Shown piece after piece: positions 14,255 to 27,868 of a DNA stretch of 64,000 nt. The DNA lies in contig OZ024750.1 in the NCBI GenBank assembly GCA_964016885.1, positions 12,834,001-12,898,000 of the forward strand, in the 5' to 3' direction. This DNA comes from Eledone cirrhosa (lineage: Eukaryota). Made by a program: the position numbers and the translations under genes. Position 1 is the stretch's first letter. Every line of letters starts with the position of its first letter. The notes beneath the pieces were generated by a model, which was not told the DNA's origin, searched no databases, and was given only the letters and a program-made list of their open reading frames with translations.

Positions 14255-14320
14255 CTTAAATAGAGGAATTTTGTCTAATTTAGAAATATACAAAAATTGA
14301 AATATTTTTATCTGTTTTAC

Positions 14321-14374
14321 TATTGTGAAAACAGGGTTCCAAGTTGTCAACCTCTCTCCAGTCGGCCTTGGAAA
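14321..14374 (-). CDS. Candidate 54-nt cassette exon in the Ig5-Ig6 linker
   Basis: Good tttccag acceptor but weak A|gtaaaa donor. Phase 1-1, encodes SKADWREVDNLEPCFHN. Would leave a 66-nt intron. Confidence 0.45.
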
Positions 14375-14862
14375 CTGGAAACTTATTTCTGATCTCGCTC
14401 AGGTGAATGACAACAACTTGAGACAGCAATAGTCTCATATTCAAGAAAGAAAGACTATGGAAACACATATTTGCAATCAATTTCTTGTGTAACAGAGAAG
14501 TTAGATAAGAAGAGTTGAAGGTAGAATTAAAATGAATAATTGTTTCTACTTTTGGCACAAGGCCAGCAATTACCCCAGGGATAAAATAAAACATGGATTA
14601 TCAACTGACATCAATATTAAACTTATATCAAAATAATATATAAATAAGTTAATAAAAATAATACTTACTGACAGTTAATATAATATTAACTGGTGCTTTA
14701 TTTTATTGACCTGTAAGGATGAAAGGCAAAGTTAACCTCGGCGGGATTTGAACTCAGACCATAAAGGGCCGTAACACTTTGCTGCAAAGCATGGCGTCAG
14801 ACCCTCTACCAACACTGCCAATCCACTGCCCTTAGAATGAATAATAAGGAGATATTGCTTAC

Positions 14863-15038
14863 CAACTGTACGCAAACGGGTTGAACATGTTGTTCGCCCA
14901 GCACTATTGTGGACTGTACATGTATATAGACCTGAATCATTTTCTTCTGCTTTGTGTATGATTAGTCTACAACCTCCATGAGTATCCACAAAAACTTGGC
15001 AGCGCCTGTTATCTTCAACATTTATTCCATCTTTGCTC
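14863..15038 (-). CDS. Post-kinase Ig5, C-terminal half
   Basis: Phase 2-1. Encodes SKDGINVEDNRRCQVFVDTHGGCRLIIHKAEENDSGLYTCTVHNSAGRTTCSTRLRTV. Confidence 0.93.
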
Positions 15039-16294
15039 CTAAAAACAAAGTCAAGATGAAGTTTTAACCACAAAATCATTTTTTTTAAATTAATTTTTTC
15101 ATTGGAAAATTATATTTCAAATTCTATTTCAAAATAATTGTTTCTACTTTTGGCACAAGGCCAGCAATTACCCAGTACATTACTGGTACTTTATTTTATC
15201 GACCCCATAAGGATGAAAGGCAAAGTTAACCCCGGAGGGATTTGAACTCAGTCCGTAAAGGGTCGTAACTGTGTGCTGCAAAGCATGGTGTCTGACCCTC
15301 TACCAATCCAACTATGAGAATATTTGGAAGAAATTTTCACAGCTTAGATGGACTTTGTCAAAGATTATTCAATGAAGATTGTTATGTAAATTTGAATGAT
15401 TTGTTTCTGCTGTATTACCAATGTAGTCAATGTATACCTTATGCTCCTTCCTTATTCTTATCTCCATACCTTATGCTCCTTAGTTATCAAGAAGCCATAA
15501 TCCATAAGTTCATAGTGAATCACCGAAGATAATGTCTTTGAATATTGTAGCAAAGGCAAGTCAATTTACTATAGTCCAGTCCTCTCCAAGCTCTAAATTT
15601 GATATAATTGTTTCTACTTTTGGCACAATGCCAGCAATTACCCAGTGTATTACTGGTACTTTATCTTATCGACCCCGTAAGGATGAAAGGCAAAGTTAAC
15701 CTCAACAGGATTTGAACTCAGATCATAAAGGGATGTAACTATGCTGGAAAGCATGGCGTCCGGCCCTCTACCGATACTGCCAATTGTTAGCTATTTGGAC
15801 TGAGTAATTGACTAGAGACACCACACAGTATCAATGGTAAGAGATATATTGCCAACTATTTCACTAGTATTTCAACATACTATTAATACAACCATCTGTA
15901 GTTGTTATACTCTAGAGCAGGGGTTGAGAAGCTGTAGCTTGAGAGCCACATGTAACTCTGTAACCTATCTCAGTGTTACATTATTGAAATATATATTACA
16001 ATTTGTATAAATATCCATAAAAAATGACAGTAAAATTAATAAAATAATATTAAAATATAATAATTCCTTGATTACAAAATTCTATAAGACGATGTTTGTA
16101 TCACCGAGTTTACATTGACTTTCATAATTTTCATCATCATCATCATCATCATTTAATGCTAACAGAGTGTGTGTGTGTGTGTAATTCACATACATAGCTC
16201 TTTTACAGTTTGATGAAGAAATTATATATTGTTCTATCATAAAACAAGAGGCTTTGTGTTAGCATATATAAAAAAAAAGAAATATAAAACTTAC

Positions 16295-16436
16295 CATTTA
16301 AATGAAGGGCTTGGATAACCAGTAGCAACACAATTGAACATAGCATCTTCACCACAAACAACAGTACAACATAATGGAGTATCAAGGAAGACTGGAGTTT
16401 CATAATCCCTTGTTTTAGACAGACTTCTATTAGAGC
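16295..16436 (-). CDS. Post-kinase Ig5, N-terminal half
   Basis: Phase 1-2. Encodes SNRSLSKTRDYETPVFLDTPLCCTVVCGEDAMFNCVATGYPSPSFKW. Confidence 0.92.
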
Positions 16437-17378
16437 CTAAAGAATACAAAAAGAAAAAACATTTTTAATAGATTGTTCTCATATTTAAAATATAATTCAA
16501 TACAAATGTAGCAGTCTATTTCTGACAAAACCTACTTGATTATTCTGTCTACTTTAAAAATTCTTTGGAGTTGAATTAAGCTATCATTCAGAGCAGTCAA
16601 AAAGTCTGGTTCCTAATAAATTTGGAAGTTTAAAAGTAGAAATGTATCATTTGACATATCTTTGGGTTGACCCATACCTAGCAAGTGAAATTGGGTAAAC
16701 AGAAACTGTTTGGAAGCCCACCAGATGGACTATGTTAATTTCATAAGCAGGGTATTCCATTTATCAAACAACTGGAACAGTAATCATCACATCTGATGGG
16801 GGTTCATCAATCGATCAATTTCTTTCTGATCTGTATGATCAATATGTGTTGAGAGGTTCAGTAGTAAAAGAAGCTAACAGGGCCAAAGAAGAGGAATTGC
16901 TGTTGTTTGTAGTAAAGCAGTTGAAGTTAAGATGGAAGATTCCTTATGAGAAGAGTTAATATAATGTTGCTTACATTTGATAAAACAAATTGAGAAATTG
17001 TGAATTAGACATTTGTTACCATAAGGAAATTATTTTATTTCTCTTTTCAATTGTCTATAATTATGCTTCTTTCCCTGAGATATTGGTATTAATGATTAGA
17101 AACTTTTATGGTCAAAATATCAGACATTCAACTTCTTAGCTTTACACATCTACTTATGTGTACATGTGTAAAAACATCAATAAATCAGAAAAACACACAA
17201 TACATACAATCCAAATTTAATATTACTGTAAAAACAAACAAACAAACAAATAAACAAAAAAAAAAACTGAGCAGCAATCAGAACTTATCCTAAGACTAAG
17301 AATAAATTGGCTCCTGGCTTCTTCTGTTCTTCTTCTCCTATCTGACTAATAAAAAAACAAACAATTCTAGATACATAC

Positions 17379-17502
17379 CTTGTAGTGTAATTGAAGAACT
17401 ACAACTGACAGTACCATGACTGTTTGTAGCTTCACACACATATTGTCCTTCGTCTGATGCAGTTACACTCTCAATTTCAAGAGACACTAAACCAAAGTTG
17501 TT
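17379..17502 (-). CDS. Post-kinase Ig4, C-terminal part
   Basis: Phase 0-1. Encodes NNFGLVSLEIESVTASDEGQYVCEATNSHGTVSCSSSITLQ. Confidence 0.93.
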
Positions 17503-18156
17503 CTAAAAATAAAAAGAAACAAAAAAACAACAACATTTTAATGGGTTTTTTAATGGGTGTAATTTATTTTACATGATTTAAGATATATCACTTAAAATTT
17601 CAAATGTAAACTACACCCACCACTTACATATATACATATATATGTACACACACACATATATATATATATATCATCATCATCATCATCATCATCGTTTACT
17701 GTCTATCTTCCATGCTAGCATGGGTTAGATGGGAATTGTCCCACTTGAAGCAAGATTGATTGAGTGACCGTATAGGACTGTGTATATATATATACATATA
17801 TATATATATGTATGTATGTAAAAGGTAAACAGAAATAACAACACAATTGGTTATATAGATAACAGTAAAAAAAAAAAATACAGTACAATTCTCTATGAAT
17901 ATATTTTGAATAAGAATTGTGTTTATTTTGTAGACAATGGAAGGTAAATCCGAAGGAATTTGGGAATAATATATTGCTAAAGTAACTTTCAATCATTCTT
18001 CCATTCTTTTATTTTGCTTTCTCTCTTAATTCCCTTCTGATTATTACATTAGTAATCTAACTCATTTGCATTACACGACTTTCTATACAAACTTTTCAGT
18101 TTACATAAAATAATAGAAAAAGTATAAAAATACACCTGAATTGAAAAGAAAATTAC

Positions 18157-18407
18157 CTTGATGACATATTTCAAGCCATGGTCGATTTTTTCTCCATTTT
18201 TATACCATTGTACGGTAGGTTCCGGAACTCCTGTCACTGAGCAGGATAGACGGACTGGACAATCAACCTGAGCAAGTTTGTTCTTCAGCTTGGTTGTGAA
18301 TTCTGGCATGCAAGTATATTTAAATTCCATTTCATCATCTTCAGGAGGCTGGCTATGCTCTTTAGACAATGGATTTCTACCCAATAAAGATAATGGTTTC
18401 TCTTGTG
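18157..18407 (-). CDS. Linker plus post-kinase Ig4, N-terminal part
   Basis: Phase 1-0. Encodes QEKPLSLLGRNP...MPEFTTKLKNKLAQVDCPVRLSCSVTGVPEPTVQWYKNGEKIDHGLKYVIK. Confidence 0.92.
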
Positions 18408-19060
18408 CTATATGGATTGTAATAAAAATAAAATATATAGATTCAATCCGATAATAGATTTTGATGAGGAATTGGAAGAGGGTGGAATTGGTAGTGATGT
18501 AAAAGAAGGCAGGGTGGAAAAAAAAGATGTATAAGAAGAAGGAAGAGGAGGGGAAGAGGTCAAAAGTGGAAAAGAAAACGAAAGAAAGTTCCATTTTCCT
18601 CATTTCAAATGTTAAGAAGAAAAATATTTCATGTAAAAGTAAGTATGTGATTTTACGATTTTATGTATGTATGTGAATGTGTGAATGTGTGAGTGAGTGC
18701 AGATGGATGGATGGAAGGACCAGTAACTCCTGATGGAGTGATAAGAGCACCATCTTAAGCATTTAAACTGGTGGAGTTCATTCCTTTCCCAGGTTTGTAT
18801 ATTGCTGATTTCTTCCAGACAAGGAAAAAGAAAAAAGAGAGAGAGAGGAGAGAGTAAGAAGAAGCTATAGAGGAAGAATCAACCCCAGTATTGTACTGGT
18901 ATTTTTTAAAATCAACTTTGAAAGTATGAATAATGAGATTTGAACTGAGAAAGGGCAGCAAACCAGAATGAACTCTGCAAAGTATTTCATCTGACATTTT
19001 AATGACTTGGTTAATTTGTTGCCTTCACTATTTTAATTGATACAGAAACATAAAACTTAC

Positions 19061-19236
19061 TTTCAACAGAAAGTTTTGCTTCTGAAGATGAACATCCAGC
19101 TTGATTGATAGCTTGGCACATATAGTAACCAATATCTTCTCTAATAACTTCATTGATGAACAAAGAAAAGACATCACTTGATTCTTCATAGATTTTGTAA
19201 ACATTGTCTTCTTTTATTGGTTTCCTGTTTTTGTAC
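19061..19236 (-). CDS. Post-kinase Ig3, C-terminal half
   Basis: Phase 2-1. Encodes YKNRKPIKEDNVYKIYEESSDVFSLFINEVIREDIGYYMCQAINQAGCSSSEAKLSVE. Confidence 0.93.
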
Positions 19237-19544
19237 CTAAATTAAGAAGAGAAATCAACTTGTTAAATATAACCAAACAATAATTACTTACAGAAGTATA
19301 ATAATTATGTGTTATACAGTTTCGACTTTTGGCACAAGGCCAGCGATTACCCCAGTGCATCACTGGTACTTTATTTTATCGACCCCGTAAGGATGAAAGG
19401 CAAAATTAACCTCGGTGGAACTCAGAACTCTATGCTGTAAAGCATGGTGTCTGACGATCTACTAATACTGCCAAACCACTGCCCTGATACATGATGATGA
19501 AATGAAGAACTGACAAAACAAACCATAAGATAATCTCCACTTAC

Positions 19545-19671
19545 CATATTATCTTACTTTCTGGGTGAGAAGATATTTTACATTTAAATTTCACACTTGC
19601 TCCTTCAGAAACAACGATATTATGAAGTCCTTGAAGAAACTTTGGTGCTCGATACCTCTCGAGTGTATAGT
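19545..19671 (-). CDS. Post-kinase Ig3, N-terminal half
   Basis: Phase 1-2. Encodes YTLERYRAPKFLQGLHNIVVSEGASVKFKCKISSHPESKIIW. Confidence 0.93.
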
Positions 19672-19939
19672 CTGAATAAAAATAGGAGATATATTCCTTT
19701 AGCTTACAGCAAGTACAGATAATTAATCTTAGTTATCTAGATTTCTAGGTTCAAAGTATTTACAGTTTTTATGTTGAATAGAATAAAATTATTGGTTTGA
19801 GAAATGTTAGAGGAAGGTTCATTTTAATGATAATAATAACTATGACATGGTCAAAATTACTATAAGAAGATACAACATAAGGAATTATTTAATTTTTGAG
19901 ATATCACTGTACAGTTGTCCTCTTGTGGTGAAAACTGTG

Positions 19940-20640
19940 TGGCAATGCTTTGTCGTCTGGTGATCTTTAAGAAAACTAAATGTAGATGAATGACTTGTGA
20001 GAGTGATGCAAGCGATGTATAAAGATGCTCTCAGAAAAATGAGAATAGACAATGAGTTTAGTGAAGAATTTTGTGTGCAGATAGATGTTCATTAAAGCTT
20101 GGCTTTCAGCCTGCTCCTGTTTATTATACATCTTTAAGTCATAACGGAAGAATTTAAGACTTAATGTCCATGTAAACTCTTATATACTGATAGCATAGTA
20201 GTTATTGCTGAATCTGTGGAGGATTCTGAGAAAAAATCCTAGATGTAGACCAAAACCTTGAATCAAAAGGTCCCAGAGTAAACTTAACAAGACTAAAGTC
20301 TTTGTAAGTATGAGAGAAAAGAGGATCCCGTTACCAGAGAAATACCTGTGCTCAATATACAGAAAAGGAATATGTAATGGTTTCATACAATGTACCCATT
20401 ATAAGCTATGTGAAGAAGTGTAGTGGTATCAATGGCAGGCAATGGAGAAGAATACTGGGAGTAGTTAGCAATAAATGCACCAGTAAAATAAACTTTTTTA
20501 AACCATGAAAACGTTTTTTCGAAATAGTTGATAGCTTCTGTTACTTAAGTAACTTATTTAACAGCAGATAAAGGCACTCCAAAAACACAGTAGCCAGAAT
20601 AAAAACAGTCTAGGTGTGTTGGGGGTGTCATAACCTTTGC
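19940..20640 (+). mobile_element. Decayed RTE reverse-transcriptase fragment
   Basis: Reads LRKLNVDE*LVRVMQAMYKDA...SEEFCVQIDVH...LLF...CP.KLLYTD with stops and frameshifts. Confidence 0.8.
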
Positions 20641-21265
20641 TGGCAACAAATAGACATCTTTTTTTAGTTTAAACAGGTTTCTTAAGAGAAAGTTAACATG
20701 CATTATATGGGAACTCTGGCAAGTTTGTTTGTTTTTTGTTTTGTGGGTTTTTTTTTTTGGGGGGGGGGTTCTGGTTGTATAACAAGATTTGGTAAATGAG
20801 ATTCATTTCCTGTTGAGGAGTATTATAGCTGGGCAAAAATGGTGTTCATGATGATGGTGATGATTACATTATATGTTTGATGTTCTACGGTCAATGACAC
20901 TTGACAATTCCTTATAGAGAAGCATTCAACTCAAGTTGGATATTCACTGAGATTTTCAGATTAAAGACCTGCTCTCATTGTTAACATCGTTACCACCACC
21001 ACCACCATCATCATCATCATTATCTGCAATATAATCATCATCATCATCACTGTCATTGTCATTGTCATCGTCACCACCAGTGCCTCCATCATTATCATCA
21101 ATATAATCCCCACCATCATTGTTATTATAATCAATATTGCAGAGTAACTAACAATCCAATAATGTTTGACTGTTTTACTAATCTGTATTGAGTCCTACCC
21201 CTGCTAGCATGGAAAATGCATGTTAAACAATGATGATGATGTATCTTTTGTGAAAACAAGAGTTA

Positions 21266-21436
21266 CCGTATTTCCCGGCGTTGGAGACACTACTTTTGTC
21301 ATAAAATAAGTCTCAAAAATCTACCATGCGTCCTGGAGGCCGAAGGTTGTTTATTATTTTTTTTTTTCAAATTTTTGATTGTCACAATTAGGGTGCATCC
21401 TCGAGGACGAAGCATCTTCGGCGCCAGGAAATACGG
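21266..21436. mobile_element. Tc1/mariner-superfamily (Tc2/pogo-like) MITE
   Basis: TA-CCGTATTTCCCGGCG...CGCCAGGAAATACGG-TA: terminal inverted repeats with TA duplication. Confidence 0.85.
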
Positions 21437-21687
21437 TATATAGAAAACTGTTTGTATCTATTGAGCTACCTATCTCACATCCAAGCATTATATCAAATTT
21501 AATATTAGTTCAACTAAAAATGTCACACTCTGCTTTGATAACAAATTACTACCAATTAGCACTATGTAGTTGTACAGAAGACCCACCTTCCTTTCACACA
21601 AACCTACAATCGGTAGGCACCTCTTAATCCAATATACACCGCACCCCACGCACCCTACCTTATCCTCCCATTTCCATCCACTATGCC

Positions 21688-22384
21688 GGTGACACAACAA
21701 AAAGCACCCAGTCCACACTGTAAAGTGGTTGTGTAGGTGACACAACAAAAAGCACCCAGTCCACACTGTAAAGTGGTTGTGTAGGTGTCACAACAAAAAG
21801 CACCCAGTCCACACTGTAAAGTGGTTGTGTAGGTGACACAACAAAAAGCAGCCAGTCCACACTGTAAAGTGTTTGTGTAGGTGACACAACAAAAAGCACC
21901 CAGTCCACACTGTAAAGTGGTTGTGTAGGTGTCACAACAAAAAGCACCCAGTCCACACTGTAAAGTGGTTGTGTAGGTGACACAACAAAAAGCACCCAGT
22001 CCACACTGTAAAGTGGTTGTGTAGGTGTCACAACAAAAAGCACCCAGTCCACACTGTAAAGTGGTTGTGTAGGTGTCACAACAAAAAGCACCCAGTCCAC
22101 ACTGTAAAGTGTTTGTGTAGGTGACACAACAAAAAGCACCCAGTCCACACTGTAAAGTGGTTGTGTAGGTGACACAACAAAAAGCACCCAGTCCACACTG
22201 TAAAGTGGTTGTGTAGGTGACACAACAAAAAGCACCCAGTCCACACTGTAAAGTGGTTGTGTAGGTGACACAACAAAAAGCACCCAGTCCACACTGTAAA
22301 GTGGTTGTGTAGGTGACACAACAAAAAGCACCCAGTCCACACTGTAAAGTGGTTGTGTAGGTGACACAACAAAAAGCACCCAGT
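21688..22384. repeat. 48-bp minisatellite, ~14.5 near-identical copies, derived from a retroelement 3' module
   Basis: Unit gtgacacaacaaaaagcacccagtccacactgtaaagtggttgtgtag. The same module occurs at low copy at ~2740, ~10640-10735, ~30925-31025 and ~60980. Confidence 0.95.
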
Positions 22385-22528
22385 ATGAGCGAGACATGGT
22401 CTCTCGACCAATCTCACATCTAGTAGAACAAAACAGTCTAACCGATGCTAACGTGGAAGATGGACGTTAAACGATGATGATGTTGATGATGATCAATAAT
22501 AGAAAGTATAGAAAGTCTATAGACTTAC

Positions 22529-22732
22529 TGTAGATGGTCAGTTCACATTCAGTTTGAGCCTGTCCATAGTAATTAATAGCCAAACAACGCCAACATCCAG
22601 CATCATTGGGATCAAGATCAGAAATATGCAAAGTATAAACATCAGCATCTTTACTTATTGAATATTTAGGTGAAGGCTGGATTATATCCTCGTTATGACT
22701 CCAAGTAACTTCAACATCTGAATGACTGCGAA
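22529..22732 (-). CDS. Post-kinase Ig2, C-terminal part
   Basis: Phase 1-1. Encodes RSHSDVEVTWSHNEDIIQPSPKYSISKDADVYTLHISDLDPNDAGCWRCLAINYYGQAQTECELTIY. Confidence 0.93.
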
Positions 22733-22999
22733 CTGAAACAAAAGTTTAAAAAATTAGCTGTGTAGTTAAGAATTTTAGATTACACTTTAGTATGTATATA
22801 TGTATATGTGTGTATGTATATGTGTGTATGTATATGTGTGTGTTGAATTTTTAAAAATTTAATACCTGTATGCATAATCTTTCAATTCCAATTACTTGTG
22901 CTAAGCTGACTTTGATTTGTAAAATTGCGGGGTTTGCTGTGTATTCTAATTTTTTTTGTGGATGAGTTGAAAAAGAGAAACTGTGTATCAGAGGGCTAA

Positions 23000-23273
23000 A
23001 CTATAATGTGCAGGAGAGAAGACTGCATTGGTATGGACATGTGATGCACATGGAGGATGACCGCTGGGTAAAGAAGTGCCAAGAAATCCCAGTGGAAGGA
23101 AGACGCAGTAGAGGAAGACCACGAAAATCACAGGCGGAGGTGGTAAGAGCTGACCTCAGATTGCTGAAGCTCACAGAGGAAATGATGAAGGACCATGACA
23201 AATGGAGAGATGCTGTGCTAAAAAGGACCCATCCCACCCTTGCAAGCAAAATGGACCTATGATGATGATGATG
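23000..23273 (+). mobile_element. RTE LINE 3' fragment
   Basis: QERRLHWYGHVMHMED...RSRGRPRK followed by a (TGA)n tail. Confidence 0.88.
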
Positions 23274-23840
23274 AGGGACCCCCAAAACCTGAAGTGCCCC
23301 TGGCTCTCCAAGGTCTAAATCTGGCTCTGGTTGCATGCAACTATGATACCTCACATATAAAAGTTATATAATATCAGTTCTGTATTTTATTAATATTATG
23401 AAACAAATGAACTTTAATTTCATAGTCAAGCTCCTCAATAAAATCAGAACATCAGAAGCCCATCTACAAAAAAAGCCCCTTGAGGTGGGGATGGCTGTTG
23501 CAGTGGGTGTTGCTGGCCATTGTCCACGAAAATACCTTTGCAGTTTTGTCTGTGGGGCACAACTAAAACACTACCCTGACCTCGGTGTAGAGTTTGTCAC
23601 CTTCTCCTCTCCCCCTCTTTCTTCTGTTGCCTAATAGTCTTTGCCCTTTTCCTATAGCCCTTGCTCTTTCCCTCCTTTTCTTCTCATGTATGGCATTTAT
23701 AGTCCTTTCCTATTCAACCAAACCTGGCTTTCTTTACCCCTCCCCCTTTTTTCCATTACTTAATTTTGTTTTTATGCTTTTTTAATATTTTCCATCATTG
23801 TATAACTTTTGTTTGTAAAATATATTTGATCAATACTTAC

Positions 23841-23956
23841 CAGTGATAGAAAATGTCACAGAATCACCAATACCTTTATAGTCATCAACCAATGGAAGTA
23901 GGATCTCAGGGGGAGAGAGGGGATCAACACGGGAGCCATCATATGTAATGAAACGA
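23841..23956 (-). CDS. Post-kinase Ig2, N-terminal part
   Basis: Phase 2-1. Encodes RFITYDGSRVDPLSPPEILLPLVDDYKGIGDSVTFSIT. Confidence 0.9.
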
Positions 23957-24984
23957 CTGAAACAAATGGAAGAAATTATTGTAAGTCAACAATTATAGGA
24001 ATATAACAATTGGGCCGTCAAGTATGAAATTTGTAGAAATTTGTAGAAAAAAGAACAAATTTCTACAAATTTTATACTTGATTACCCAATATTTAGTTAA
24101 ACTGTTTTCAAAAATAATAAATAATCACCAAATAGCTAATTTAAACAAGAGAACTTTTAACTTTGTATTTCCATGACGGAATTCCCTTATCTTTTTATGT
24201 ATATGGTAGACATTTTTACCTAACATTTAACCATTAACACACTGGGTCAATTCAATCAATTTTCTCCTCCCCCAAAATTGTTGGCCTTGAGCTTAAATCA
24301 GAAATCAATATACAATAACCTCTGTTCAATGAAGTTCAAAATAAAACATATGAGCTATCTTGTGTCAGGCACATGACAGTTTTTTTAATATCAGGTTGAA
24401 TTTTTGTTCAATAAAAATCTTTTAAATACTACTAAAATAATATTTTTCTCCACATATTTTCCTTCAAAATAAGATTACATTTTATGAATTAGTTTATCTT
24501 TATAACCTGAAATATATAATAATCGTGATTTTGCAAAATTATTTCCCTTAAATTTTTAATTACACTCAATCTTCAGATCGGATAATCTTAGCTTAGGATA
24601 TAAAAGTTAATCTTCAGCTTGATAAATTCATCTGGAACTATAATTCTTATATCTTATAAATCTAAGTTAAATTTCATTCAACAATATTGATTTCCCACAA
24701 TGGCATTGAGATTTGTTGAAAATATAATCACTTCTTGACTTATATGAATTTTATTGATCCTGGATGAATAAAAGTTAAAATTGATCCCGGAAAGATTTGA
24801 ACTTAGAACATAAAAGGAGAAAATAAATTCTGAAAGGTATTTAGTCTTCTACAGTATATCAGTAAAGGTGTCCAAAGTTAAGACATGGGAGGACTTTGGG
24901 GTTAAGCTGGAATCAACTGGAGACAGTTGCTTCTGACAGGACCTGCTAGGAGATATGCTTGGGGATTTCACCACCATAACTCTC

Positions 24985-25632
24985 CCAAGAAGAAGAAGAA
25001 GAAAAAGGAGAAGGAAAAGGAGAAGAAGAAGAAGAACAACAACAAGTTCTTAAACAATTTACCTATACCTGAGTTAGACATTATTATTGTCATCATCATC
25101 ATCAGCACCACCACCAGTACCACTGCTGCCACCCTCACCCCCACCTCAACCACCCACTAACACTACCGCCCCCACCCACACCTTAGTTAAACATCATCAT
25201 CACCACCATCAAACATTATTATTATAATCATCACTGCTATCACCACCATCACCAGCACCGGCACCACCTCCACTGCCTATATCTAAGTTAAACACCACCA
25301 CCATCACCAGTACCACCACCACAACAACAACAACAACCACATCTACCTGAGTTAAACATCACCACCACAACAACAACACACATCACAGCCACCACCAGTA
25401 CCACCACCACAACAACAACAACAAGAACAACCACAACAACAACAGCAACAGCAACAACAACAACAACAACAATAACCACCACCACCACCACAAGAAGAAG
25501 AACAACAACAACAACAAATGCAACAACAACAACAACCACCACCACAACCACCACAACCACCACAACCACCACAACCACCACCGCCACCACAACCACCACC
25601 ACCACCACCACCACATCTACCTGAGTTAAACA
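24985..25632. repeat. (AAG)/(CAC)/(CAA) trinucleotide low-complexity block
   Basis: Directly visible. Punctuated by a recurring cta.ctgagttaaacat motif. Confidence 0.9.
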
Positions 25633-25955
25633 TAAATCTAACCAGAACATATGTGGAATGTTAAAAGAGAATAACTCAACTCTTACAATGATTAATGTAA
25701 TAACATATCGTGAAGAAATTTAATAAACATGTTGAATGTTCTGGAAATAGCCGGAAATTTTCTTAAATAAACTAGTGCCAAGATTTTAAATTGTTTAATA
25801 GACAAATAATTTCTATTTTAAAGGGAAGTCTTTCTAGAAACAGCAGACAATCTGTATAGTCATTTACTGCAGGATTTTGGAAGCCTGCCAAATTTATTCG
25901 AGAACCACTAGGGTAAAAGAGGATGTTTCTCTCTACACAGCTGCTTAACTTACAC

Positions 25956-27838
25956 CAGACCATAGTTAAACCGGCACTGTATATATACAGCAGACTGTAG
26001 TTAAACCGGCACTGTATATATACAGCAGACTGTAGTTAAACCAGCACTGTATATATACACCAGACTGTAGTTAAACCAGCACTGTATATATACAGCAGAC
26101 TGTAGTTAAACCAGCACTGTATATATACAGCAGACCATAGTTAAACCAGCACTGTATATATACAGCAGACTGTAGTTAAACCAGCACTGTGTATATACAG
26201 CAGACTGTAGTTAAACCAGCACTGTATATATACAGCAGACTGTAGTTAAACCAGCACTGTGTATATACAGCAGACTGTAGTTAAACCAGCACTGTATATA
26301 TACAGCAGACCATAGTTAAACCAGCGCTGTATATATACAGCAGACCATAGTTAAACCAGCACTGTATATATACAGCAGACTGTAGTTAAACCAGCACTGT
26401 ATATATACAGCAGACTGTAGTTATACCAGCACTGTATATATACAGCAGACTGTAGTTAAACCAGCACTGTATATATACAGCAAACTGTAGTTAAACCAGC
26501 ACTGTATATATACAGCAGACTGTAGTTAAACCAGCACTGTATATATACAGCAGACCATAGTTAAACCAGCACTGTATATATACAGCAGACTGTAGTTAAA
26601 CCAGCACTGTATATATACACCAGACTGTAGTTAAACCAGCACTGTATATATACATCAGACCATAGTTAAACCAGCACTGTATATATACAGCAGACTGTAG
26701 TTAAACCAGCACACTATATATACAGCAGACTGTAGTTAAACCAGCACTGTATATATACACCAGACTGTAGTTAAACCAGCACTGTATATATACACCAGAC
26801 TGTAGTTAAACCAGCACTGTATATATACATCAGACCATAGTTAAACCAGCACTGTATATATACAGCAGACTGTAGTTAAACCAGCACTGTATATATACAG
26901 CAGACTGTAGTTAAACCAGCACTGTATATATACAACAGACTGTAGTTAAACCAGCACTGTATATATACAGCAGACCATAGTTAAACCAGCACTGTATATA
27001 TACAGCAGACTGTAGTTAAACCAGCACTGTATATATACACCAGACTGTAGTTAAACCAGCACTGTATATATACATCAGACCATAGTTAAACCAGCACTGT
27101 GTATATACAGCAGACTGTAGTTAAACCAGCACTGTATATATACAGCAGACTGTAGTTAAACCAGCACTGTATATATACAGCAGACTGTAGTTAAACCAGC
27201 ACTGTATATATACAGCAGACTGTAGTTAAACCAGCACTGTATATATACACCAGACTGTAGTTAAACCAGCACTGTATATATACACCAGACTGAAGTTAAA
27301 CCGGCACTGTATATATACAGCAGACCATAGTTAAACCAGCACTGTATATATACAGCAGACTGTAGTTAAACCAGCACTGTATATATACAGCAGACTGTAG
27401 TTATACCAGCACTGTATATATACACCAGACTGTAGTTAAACCAGCACTGTATATATACACCAGACTGTAGTTAAACCAGCACTGTGTATATGCAGCAGAC
27501 CATAGTTAAACCAGCACTGTATATATACACCAGACTGTAGTTAAACCAGCACTGTATATATACACCAGACCATAGTTAAACCAGCACTGTATATATACAC
27601 CAAACCACAGTTATACCAGCACTGTATATATACAGCACTGTATATATACAGCAGACTGTAGTTAAACCAGCACTGTGTATATACACCAGACTGTAGTTAA
27701 ACCGGCACTGTGTATATACACCAAACCACAGTTATACCAGCACTGTATATATACAACACTGTATATATACACCAAACCATAGTTATACCAGCACTGTATA
27801 TATACACCAAACCACAGTTATACCAGCACTGTATATAT
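25956..27838. repeat. 35-bp minisatellite, ~53 copies
   Basis: Unit cagactgtagttaaaccagcactgtatatatacag, containing the palindrome ctgtatatatacag. Confidence 0.97.
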
Positions 27839-27868
27839 AGATATATATAGATGGTTCCTTAACTTACA

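Noticed and set aside
21688-27838. The 48-bp and 35-bp arrays as CRISPR arrays
   Set aside because: Head-to-tail units with no unique spacers, no cas genes, and a eukaryotic intron context.
25956-27838. ctgtatatatacag as tandem LexA/SOS boxes
   Set aside because: Spacing is CTG-N8-CAG rather than N10, and the DNA is animal intronic.
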